Shown in pieces: positions 36,151-43,053 of a stretch of 43,053 bases of DNA. The notes beneath the pieces are model-generated. The model was not told the origin of the DNA. It saw only the letters and a program-made list of their open reading frames with translations, and searched no databases. Position 1 is the first letter of the stretch, and every line of letters starts with the position of its first letter. The position numbers were made by a program, and so were the translations under genes. This DNA is from a virus. Lineage: Duplodnaviria > Caudoviricetes. The stretch covers positions 1 to 43,053 of IMG/VR virus record IMGVR_UViG_3300048850_000008, one strand, 5' to 3'.

Positions 36151-36166
36151 GCCCGCTTCGGCGGGC
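36151..36166 (+). other. cUUCGg hairpin after the gp16-like gene
   Basis: GCCCGC-TTCG-GCGGGC with only a weak U tract. Confidence 0.5.
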
Positions 36167-36179
36167 CTCCCTTGCCGTC

Positions 36180-36204
36180 GTATCGGCACCCACTACGACA
36201 AATA
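36180..36204 (+). promoter_or_regulatory. Phage RNAP promoter, copy 4 (tail fibre, packaging and lysis genes)
   Basis: GGCACCCACTACGAC at 36185-36199. Confidence 0.85.
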
Positions 36205-36219
36205 ACCAAGGGAGGCCCA

Positions 36220-37752
36220 ATGGCAGCAGAGGAGCTTGGTCCCTGGATCGACTCAGCAGGACAGGACGGCAACCGGAACTCCATGCAGGAGTTCCCGTGC
36301 AACGGCGTGCAAACGTCGTTCAACTTCAACTTCGCAGGCGGCTACATCGCGGCCTCGAACGTTAAGGCGTACGTCTACGACACGGTGTCCGGTAGTAAGA
36401 CGGACGTGTCCCCTGTGGTCCTTACAGGCCCAAACACTATTCAAGTTACGCCGGCCCCCGCGGCCGGCAATTTCCTGGTGGTTTACCGGGATACGCAGAA
36501 AACCGTTCCGCTCGTGGACTTCGCCAACGGCGCTGTGCTCAACGAGGCGAACTTAGACCTAGTTGCCAAGCAGGCGGTGTTTAACGCGGCCGAGATGGTG
36601 GATAGGTTCGATGAAATCAACGCCACGTCTGCCGACGCCATAGAACGCAGCTTCGCGGCGCTGAACGCGGCCAACGCTGCGGTAGCTACCGCCAACTCTG
36701 CCGCGGTTGCGGCAGGAAACGCGGTTTCTACCGCCAACGCAGCCAACGCAACGGCCGGGGAAGCGAGTGAGAACGCCGCAGATGCTGTAGCTACGGCTAA
36801 CGGCATCGACGCGAAGGCTACGCAGGCTATGGAGGACGCGGCTGCCGCGGAGGCGGCGGCACAGTCGGCCGCGGAGGCGGCAGAGGCGGCGGCCCTAGCG
36901 GCGTCACACGCGACTCAAAAGTACGACGCAAACGCGATCCCGACAACCAACCTCGGTGACATCACGGTGGAGGGCGTGGGGAGAATGAGCTGGTTCAACG
37001 GAGCGTATGCCCCTAACAACCTACCATTCAGGTACAGGCCGATTTCACAGATCGGCGCTACCTACGGCACGAACACCGTCACTGTAAACGGCGGGCGGGG
37101 GTGGCGGGCGTACGCTAACGAGTGCGACATCTACCTGCCCGCTACGCTGGTTAAGACATTCCAGTCATTCGCGGTTGGCAACAACGCTGGCGGATTCGTG
37201 GATGGCGGGGCTGTAGGCTGGCACCACGTATTTGTGATCCGCAGGGACTCAGACGGTAAGGTCGACGTTTGCTTTGACTCAGCGATAAACGCCCCTAATC
37301 GACCGGCCGGGTGGACTGCTTACCGCAGGGTGGGTGCCTTCCTGTTGCAGGGGGATGCCACCATACGCCCGGTGGTCACGTTGGGCCCTGATCGCTTCGC
37401 GTGGGCTACATCCTTTGACCATGTAGTGAACGGCCCGCTCACTATCAATGCGTCAGCCGTCACGTTAGGCGTCCCGCCAGGAGTGATTATCCGCGCCGAG
37501 GTGAACGTTTTCCTCACCAACGGCACCGCCGCGCCGATAAGCGTTCAGATGTATTCGACGTTCTACGGCACGTCGTCCGTAGGTGGCAGGTATTCCCAAT
37601 TCACGTCCACCCCCAACGCATCTAACAGCGCGCGGGTTTTCGTAGACACCGACACAAACCGGAATGTCTACTACCAGTCCGCGTCGGGCAACAACACAAC
37701 AGCCGGTCTGTACATCAGCCTGATCGGCTGGCAGGACTTCTTGACGGATTAA
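36220..37752 (+). CDS. Tail fibre protein, 510 aa
   Basis: GGAGG RBS; T7 gp17-type N-terminal anchor (FNFAGGYI, VYRDT, VDFANGAVLNEANLD); Ala-rich coil; beta-rich tip. Confidence 0.92.
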   Translation: MAAEELGPWIDSAGQDGNRNSMQEFPCNGVQTSFNFNFAGGYIAASNVKAYVYDTVSGSKTDVSPVVLTGPNTIQVTPAPAAGNFLVVYRDTQKTVPLVDFANGAVLNEANLDLVAKQAVFNAAEMVDRFDEINATSADAIERSFAALNAANAAVATANSAAVAAGNAVSTANAANATAGEASENAADAVATANGIDAKATQAMEDAAAAEAAAQSAAEAAEAAALAASHATQKYDANAIPTTNLGDITVEGVGRMSWFNGAYAPNNLPFRYRPISQIGATYGTNTVTVNGGRGWRAYANECDIYLPATLVKTFQSFAVGNNAGGFVDGGAVGWHHVFVIRRDSDGKVDVCFDSAINAPNRPAGWTAYRRVGAFLLQGDATIRPVVTLGPDRFAWATSFDHVVNGPLTINASAVTLGVPPGVIIRAEVNVFLTNGTAAPISVQMYSTFYGTSSVGGRYSQFTSTPNASNSARVFVDTDTNRNVYYQSASGNNTTAGLYISLIGWQDFLTD

Positions 37753-37756
37753 CGCC

Positions 37757-37987
37757 ATGACCTACTACGTAGACCCCACGGGCGTGCTCCCGGGATACGC
37801 CCTGCACGAGCCACAGCCCGGAATCGGATTCACCTTGCGGGTGGACGGCGACCCGCCCCCTGTGGTTGAGGAGTCGCTACCGGCAGAGGTGGTGACCCGC
37901 GCGCAGGCGGTACGGTCACTCATGCAGCTGGGGATGACCGAGGAGCAGGCCGGTGCTTGGTTCGATAGGACCGCTGCCGCGACATGA
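37757..37987 (+). CDS. Hypothetical protein, 76 aa (possibly tail-fibre associated)
   Basis: Directly after the fibre gene; ATGA coupling to next gene. Confidence 0.65.
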   Translation: MTYYVDPTGVLPGYALHEPQPGIGFTLRVDGDPPPVVEESLPAEVVTRAQAVRSLMQLGMTEEQAGAWFDRTAAAT

Positions 37988-38313
37988 CGACGGCTCGCCC
38001 ACAGCGCCTCAAGATCGCGGGGCGGCGGTGGGCAGTGCAGTACAAACGCAGGCCCGAGGGTAACGCCTACGGCCTGTGTGACTACGACGCCCACACCATC
38101 ACCATCCGCGACAGGCAACTTCCCATCGAAGAAGCGGACACCCTCATCCACGAAACCCTGCACGCCATCATTGGCGCTGCGGGGATCGTGTTCCCTGAAG
38201 GTGTCGCAGAAGAACAAGTAGTAACCGCAATCGCATCCGGCCTTACCGGCGTGCTGGCGGATAACCCGCGCCTGCTGGCGCACATCTCCAATCTCTTACG
38301 AGAGCAAACATGA
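37984..38313 (+). CDS. Small HExxH zincin-like protein, 109 aa
   Basis: YGLCDY...ITI...TLIHETLHAI...EEQVV. Confidence 0.8.
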   Translation: MTTARPQRLKIAGRRWAVQYKRRPEGNAYGLCDYDAHTITIRDRQLPIEEADTLIHETLHAIIGAAGIVFPEGVAEEQVVTAIASGLTGVLADNPRLLAHISNLLREQT

Positions 38314-38531
38314 TCGAACGTACCGGCGACATCGCCGCTCCCGGCATGCCCGCCGCAGTCGGCGCAGCCGGTGCCACCTACACGTTCCTGGGCTTGCCCG
38401 GGTCTTCGTGGGTAACGATTTTCACGCTCGTCTATCTGGCAATCCACATCATCAAGAGCGCCCCCGGCGCATGGGACACCATCAAGCGGGTCCGTGCGTA
38501 CCTGAAAAACAAGAAGGAGGTAGATGACTAA
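38310..38531 (+). CDS. Probable holin
   Basis: 73 aa, FLGLPGSSWVTIFTLVYLAIHII TM segment, basic C-terminus, T7 17.5 position before the small terminase. Confidence 0.75.
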   Translation: MIERTGDIAAPGMPAAVGAAGATYTFLGLPGSSWVTIFTLVYLAIHIIKSAPGAWDTIKRVRAYLKNKKEVDD

Positions 38532-38823
38532 GGCATCCGTTGATGACCTCTCTGCACTGCACGGGGCCATCGCAAAAGAACTCACGCGGCGCATCACCAA
38601 CGATGAAGCCAGCGCGGCGGACATAGGGGCCGCCATCAAGTTCCTGAAGGACAACAGCATCACGGCTTCTATCGAGGACAACTCGCAGATGAAGTCGCTT
38701 AAGGAAAAGCTGGACGAGCGCGCGAGCAAGCGAGGACTCAAGCTGGTGCGGCCCGAGCCGGCCGCTGACCTGAACGACGCTGAGGCTGATGAAGTAATCG
38801 GCCAGATCGCACGCATGGCATGA
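38524..38823 (+). CDS. Terminase small subunit
   Basis: LSALHG...ASAADIGAAIKFLKDNSI motif; precedes the large subunit. Confidence 0.9.
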   Translation: MTKASVDDLSALHGAIAKELTRRITNDEASAADIGAAIKFLKDNSITASIEDNSQMKSLKEKLDERASKRGLKLVRPEPAADLNDAEADEVIGQIARMA

Positions 38824-40619
38824 GCCAGCGCGAAGCCCCCGCGTTAGCGGTGCGGCGGTGGGAGATGCTGGAGCTGGTGCAGCAGGCGTACCCCACGTTC
38901 AAGCCGTTCCTGCATGACGTAATGACTGAGCTGGGCTTCAGCACCACAGAGCTACAGGAGGACATTGCCGAGTTCATTGAGTTCGGCCCTCCGCTGCTGA
39001 TGGTGCAGGCCCAGCGCGGCCAAGCGAAAACGACTATCACCGCGGCCTATGCCGTATGGTCCCTGTTGCATGATCCCACGCTGCGCGTGCTGATCGTGTC
39101 AGCGGGCGGCACGCAGGCCAATGAAATCTCTACGCTGATCGTCCGCATCATCATGGTGATGGACGAGCTGGAGTGCCTGCGGCCCGACCGCAACGCGGGC
39201 GACCGCACGTCCGTGGAAGCGTTCGACGTACACCACACCCTCAAGGGCCTGGACAAGAGCCCGAGCGTGGCCTGTATGGGCATCTCGGCAAACATCCAGG
39301 GCAAGCGTGCGGACCTGCTGATCGCGGACGACGTGGAGTCCAAGAAGAACTCCCTTACGGAGCACCAGCGCGAGCAACTGCTGGAGCTGACGCGGGACTT
39401 CGCGTCCATCTGCTCCACCGGGCGTATCGTCTACCTGGGCACGCCGCAGTCCGTCAACTCGATCTACAACACGCTTCCAGGCCGCGGCTACACCGTGCGC
39501 ATCTGGACGGGCCGCTATCCAACCCAGGCGCAGCTGGTGAACTACGGCGACATGCTTGCCCCGCTCATACAGCGGCGGATGAAGGCAGACCCGTCGCTGA
39601 TGCTGGGTGGCGGGCTGCTGGGCGACCAGGGCCAGCCCACGGATACCGACCTACCGGCCGGCACCGAGGAGTTCCTGCAGCAGAAGGAGGCCGACCAAGG
39701 CCCCAGCTACTTCCAGCTTCAGCACATGCTGAATACCACGCTGGCGGACGCTGACCGCTTCCCGTTGCGCCTCCACAAGATCATGTCGCTGCGCCTGATG
39801 GGCGACCTGTACCCGCTGACCCTCACGCCCGGCATGCTGGAGCACGAGACGGTGCGGTACGAGATAAACGGCCGCACCTACACCCTGGCGGTGCCGTCGT
39901 CCATCGCAGAAGACCGCGCGCCGCTGCAAGGCATCGTCATGTACGTTGACCCGGCAGGCGGCGGCAAGAACGGCGACGAGACTGGCTACGCCGTCGTGGG
40001 ATTCCTGAACGGGAACATTTGGGTGCTGGAATGCTCCGGCATCCCGGGTGGGTACTCCGTCGAGGGATTCCAGACCCTCACCAAGATCGCGGCGCGCTGG
40101 CGCGTCAACCGCATCATGGTCGAGAAGAACTTCGGCAACGGTGCGTACCTGCACGCTTGGCTACCGATCCTCCGTGCCGGCTACCCGCAGACCGTGGGCG
40201 CTGGCTGCGCTATCGAGGAGGTGTTCGAGTCCGGCCAGAAGGAACTCCGCATCATTGACGTGCTTGAGCCCGTCATTGCCCGAGGCGCGCTGATCTTCAA
40301 CGATGACATCGCGCGCAACGAGCAGGACAGCCTGCTGGCCTACGCCAACGAGAAGCGGCTGTCCTACAGCCTGTTCAACCAGATCAAGAGCATCACCCGC
40401 GAGAAGCATGCGCTGACGCATGACGACCGGATAGATGCCCTGGCCGGCGCAGTCCGGTACTGGACGACCGTGCTGGGCGTGAACCAGCAGAAGGCCATCG
40501 ACCAGCAGCGCAAGCGCGAGTTCGATGAGTGGAAGAAGAACCCGCTTGGCTACAACCGCATGACCCAAGGCCCCCGCGCGCAGCGTGGCGGGTCGATGTT
40601 CAACAAGTACAAGCGCTAA
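38820..40619 (+). CDS. Terminase large subunit
   Basis: AQRGQAKTT, RADLLIADDVE, YLGTPQ, YVDPAGGGKNGDET, HDDRIDALA. Confidence 0.97.
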   Translation: MSQREAPALAVRRWEMLELVQQAYPTFKPFLHDVMTELGFSTTELQEDIAEFIEFGPPLLMVQAQRGQAKTTITAAYAVWSLLHDPTLRVLIVSAGGTQANEISTLIVRIIMVMDELECLRPDRNAGDRTSVEAFDVHHTLKGLDKSPSVACMGISANIQGKRADLLIADDVESKKNSLTEHQREQLLELTRDFASICSTGRIVYLGTPQSVNSIYNTLPGRGYTVRIWTGRYPTQAQLVNYGDMLAPLIQRRMKADPSLMLGGGLLGDQGQPTDTDLPAGTEEFLQQKEADQGPSYFQLQHMLNTTLADADRFPLRLHKIMSLRLMGDLYPLTLTPGMLEHETVRYEINGRTYTLAVPSSIAEDRAPLQGIVMYVDPAGGGKNGDETGYAVVGFLNGNIWVLECSGIPGGYSVEGFQTLTKIAARWRVNRIMVEKNFGNGAYLHAWLPILRAGYPQTVGAGCAIEEVFESGQKELRIIDVLEPVIARGALIFNDDIARNEQDSLLAYANEKRLSYSLFNQIKSITREKHALTHDDRIDALAGAVRYWTTVLGVNQQKAIDQQRKREFDEWKKNPLGYNRMTQGPRAQRGGSMFNKYKR

Positions 40620-40649
40620 CCGCGCAGTTCAACAAACAAGGCAGATAAC

Positions 40650-40871
40650 ATGAACTATGCAGACCTCGTATCCCCCGGCCTCGTAAACGGCGGCTTCCGC
40701 CTGCGGCTGGATTGCGCCCGCGCCATCTCGGCCGTGGAGATTGTGGCCCACACGGGTGACGGCGGCATCGCCACCGCACAGAAGCTGCGGGACTTCTTCA
40801 TCGCGTGCGCCAACGCGGCCGACAAGGCGGCGGGCGGCTCGGGCTCGGATGTTGGCGTCATCACGCCGTAA
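40650..40871 (+). CDS. Hypothetical protein, 73 aa
   Basis: AAGG RBS; TAATG overlap with the endolysin. Confidence 0.7.
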   Translation: MNYADLVSPGLVNGGFRLRLDCARAISAVEIVAHTGDGGIATAQKLRDFFIACANAADKAAGGSGSDVGVITP

Positions 40872-41371
40872 TGGGAATCCGCCAGCGGCTCGCCGTGGGC
40901 CTGCTCGCGGCATCCGCGGCGGGCCTCGGCTTCATCACCGACTATGAGCACCGTTCTTACACAGCCTACCCCGACCCCGTGTCAGGCTGGCGCGTGCCGA
41001 CTATCTGCGATGGACACACAGGGCCGGACGTGCGCCGGGGCATGCGTGCTACAGATGCTATGTGCGATTCCTGGAGAGCATCTGACGCTGCCACCTCGGC
41101 TGCTGCAATCCAGCGATGCAGCCCGCACGCCGTCCTGACGCAATACGAATTCGATGCCCTGGTGTCCCTCACGCATAACATCGGCCCTGGGGCCTACTGT
41201 CGTTCCACCATCGCCAAGAAGGTCGACCGGAACGACTACGAGGGTGCGGCTGCGGAATTCCCCCGCTGGGTGTACGCGGGAAATCGCGTGCTGCCCGGAC
41301 TGGTGAAGCGGCGCGGCTGCGAGGCGCAGTTGTTCCGTAGTGGGGACTACTCCTGCGGGGGCGCGCAATGA
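40871..41371 (+). CDS. Endolysin, phage lysozyme (GH24) with SAR-like N-terminus, 166 aa
   Basis: MGIRQR-LAVGLLAASAAGLGFI anchor; E-X8-D...TICDGHT; FDALVSLTHNIG; GLVKRR. Confidence 0.92.
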   Translation: MGIRQRLAVGLLAASAAGLGFITDYEHRSYTAYPDPVSGWRVPTICDGHTGPDVRRGMRATDAMCDSWRASDAATSAAAIQRCSPHAVLTQYEFDALVSLTHNIGPGAYCRSTIAKKVDRNDYEGAAAEFPRWVYAGNRVLPGLVKRRGCEAQLFRSGDYSCGGAQ

Positions 41372-41697
41372 CCCTGCTCCAGCGGATCGGCCTGTACGCC
41401 CTGGCGGCGCTGCTGTGCGCCGGCATCGGGTGGGCCATCGAGTCCCGCATTGCCGGCAAGAAGATAGCCAAGCTGGAGACAGCTCTGGCCGTCGCCCAGG
41501 CCGATGCCAAGGCTTCCCGGGCCGCCATAACGGCCAAGGCGGCTGCGCAGGCCCAGGTGGACCGCACGTATACCCAACGCTCCAAGGACCTCACCAATGC
41601 CCTACAAACGAGCCAGGACTGGGCTGCTGCTCCTGTGCCTGACGCTGTGTACGACAGCCTGTTCCCTGACGCCCGTAAAGCTGACCCCGCCCGCTGA
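41368..41697 (+). CDS. i-spanin (Rz-like)
   Basis: N-terminal TM, coiled coil, WAAAPVPDAV. Confidence 0.85.
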   Translation: MTLLQRIGLYALAALLCAGIGWAIESRIAGKKIAKLETALAVAQADAKASRAAITAKAAAQAQVDRTYTQRSKDLTNALQTSQDWAAAPVPDAVYDSLFPDARKADPAR

Positions 41698-41839
41698 GTA
41701 CCTTCAGGACTGCCCGCATGCGGCGGCCCCGGATCGTACGCAGGGCGGGCTTGCGGACTACATCAAGCGCGAGCAGCAGGCGCTGGACAATTGCAACACG
41801 GACAAGGCCGCACTGCGCGCCTGGGCCGCGGAGCGCTAG
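41597..41839 (+). CDS. o-spanin (Rz1-like lipoprotein)
   Basis: Overlaps the i-spanin 3' end; LLLLCLTLCTTAC-S lipobox; PPAEYLQDC...ALDNCNTDKAALRAW. Confidence 0.88.
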   Translation: MPYKRARTGLLLLCLTLCTTACSLTPVKLTPPAEYLQDCPHAAAPDRTQGGLADYIKREQQALDNCNTDKAALRAWAAER

Positions 41840-42849
41840 GCCGCCAGCTTGTCCGCCAACCCGTGGACATCCAGGTGGGCGTATCGGTTCAGCATCGATA
41901 GCGTCTTGTGGCCCGTGATCCGGGACACCTCAATGACGTTCAGCCCTTTCTCGAACAGCCGGCTGGTGGCCTCGTGCCGCAGGTCATGGAAGCGCAGGCC
42001 CTCGGACCCGATCCGCTTGGCCGCCCGCTTCAGGGCCTGCTGGACGGATGGCCCGTTCACGGTGAACACCGGACCGGTGCTCCCCTCCCGGTAGCGCGCC
42101 TGTAGCAGCTCAATCGCCCTGGGCGACAGCGGCACGGTGCGCTGCTCCCCATTCTTGGTGCGCGGCAGCAGGACCCGCCGCCCCTCCAGGTTGACGTTCT
42201 CCCACGTCATGGACAGAAGCTCCCCGCGGCGCATAGCCGTCTCTACGGCAAGCTCCATGACTACCCCCAGCTCAGGGGACTCCGTGGCAGCGATCAGGCG
42301 CAGCAGCTCATCCTGCCGCACCCTGCGCTCCCTGGAGTTCCGTATCTGCGGCCGGCGCGCCTTCGGGATGCCGTGCGGCAGCTTCCACTCGAACTCCTCA
42401 ACGGCGAGCACGTACGCCCGATGGAGCAGCCGCAGCTCGTGCTGCACAGTTTGCGCCGCGGGAACCTTGGCCGTCTTGTGGCCCGTCTGCTGGATGGGCG
42501 TCATCAGCCTTTCCGCCTTGTAGCGGTTCAACTGCTGGGCCGTCAGGGAGAACGTGTCGATGTCGCCCAGCAGGCGGGTGAGGTGCTTGGCCCGGTACTG
42601 GTCATCCTTGTAGGACGCCTTGGCCTTTGTCTCCGGCAGGTCCAAGTACCATTCCAGCAGGCTCGCCACAGTAACATCCGACCTGACGGGGCGGGCGGTC
42701 ACCGTCTCCCCGGCGTCTATCCGGGCCTCTACGTCCCGGCCCCAGGCCGCGGCGTCGGCGTACTTCTCGAATGTCTTTGACAGGACCGGGTGGCCTTTCT
42801 TGCGGATCAGGCACCGCCATTTACCCCGGTACTTTGATAGTGTCGCCAT
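41836..42849 (-). CDS. int: Tyrosine integrase, 337 aa
   Basis: Catalytic set AMRRGEL (R), TKNG (K), FHDLRH (HxxR), TGHK (H), RYAHL (Y); GGAGA RBS before ATG at 42849; adjacent to att core. Confidence 0.96.
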   Translation of the reverse strand: MATLSKYRGKWRCLIRKKGHPVLSKTFEKYADAAAWGRDVEARIDAGETVTARPVRSDVTVASLLEWYLDLPETKAKASYKDDQYRAKHLTRLLGDIDTFSLTAQQLNRYKAERLMTPIQQTGHKTAKVPAAQTVQHELRLLHRAYVLAVEEFEWKLPHGIPKARRPQIRNSRERRVRQDELLRLIAATESPELGVVMELAVETAMRRGELLSMTWENVNLEGRRVLLPRTKNGEQRTVPLSPRAIELLQARYREGSTGPVFTVNGPSVQQALKRAAKRIGSEGLRFHDLRHEATSRLFEKGLNVIEVSRITGHKTLSMLNRYAHLDVHGLADKLAA

Positions 42850-42876
42850 GCGCGTCTCCGTACTCAAACTGTACTC

Positions 42877-42905
42877 AGAATGCCCATCACCGGCCCGTAA
42901 GTCAA
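42877..42905 (-). promoter_or_regulatory. Candidate sigma70 promoter for int
   Basis: Minus strand TTGACT (42905-42900), 17-bp spacer, CATTCT (42882-42877). Confidence 0.55.
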
Positions 42906-42926
42906 TGAAATCGCGGGGGAATGGGT

Positions 42927-43053
42927 GCCTTCTAAGCGAGCGGTCACACGTTCGAATCGTGTAGGGCGGGCCAAGTTCCCTAGTAATCTCAAGCACTTAC
43001 GCCGGATCGGCTGTCGTTGTATTCCCGCGACAAGTGCACTCAGGCCACTGCGG
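42927..43053 (+). repeat. 127-bp direct repeat, right copy (att core plus phage arm, attP-like junction)
   Basis: Identical to 81-207 up to the window end; contains only the 3' half of the tRNA. Confidence 0.95.

Larger units (their letters stand above)
81..42973 (+). mobile_element. Temperate T7/phiKMV-like (Autographiviridae-type) prophage at tRNA-Arg(UCU)
   Basis: Complete podophage gene set with single-subunit RNAP, plus a tyrosine integrase. The 3' half of the tRNA (81-127) is duplicated at 42927-42973. Confidence 0.95.

Noticed and set aside
36655-36905. Repetitive GCC/AAC-rich DNA in the tail fibre
   Set aside because: Explained by the Ala/Asn coiled-coil coding sequence, ordinary for fibres
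42927-42973. Second tRNA gene
   Set aside because: Only the 3' half is present; it is the att core duplication
42850-42996. 49-aa N-terminal extension of the integrase in the ORF track
   Set aside because: Runs through the att core; ATG at 42849 has a proper RBS and a candidate promoter upstream

Overview
The window is essentially one complete T7/phiKMV-type podophage genome (Autographiviridae architecture, unit length 42,846 bp from 81 to 42926) that is temperate. It is joined to an intact host tRNA-Arg(UCU) at the left end and carries a tyrosine integrase on the minus strand at the right end. Gene order on the + strand: about 1.9 kb non-coding control region, small early genes, primase, helicase, family A DNA polymerase, SSB-like protein, nucleases, dNMP kinase, single-subunit RNA polymerase (phiKMV-like late position), portal, scaffold, capsid, tail tubes, three ejection proteins, tail fibre, holin, terminases, SAR endolysin and spanins. 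The last 127 nt repeat 81-207, including 80 nt beyond the tRNA 3' end, so the right junction looks like attP rather than attR. Most notable points: no recognisable CI-type repressor; large structured non-coding segments behind a consensus sigma70 promoter and boxA; an ejection protein carrying zincin and ADP-ribosyltransferase-like polyvalent-protein domains; an unannotated 46-aa lipoprotein as first early gene; four copies of a divergent phage promoter; and non-AUG starts on most replication genes. All calls come from reading motifs by eye; no searches or folding programs were run.
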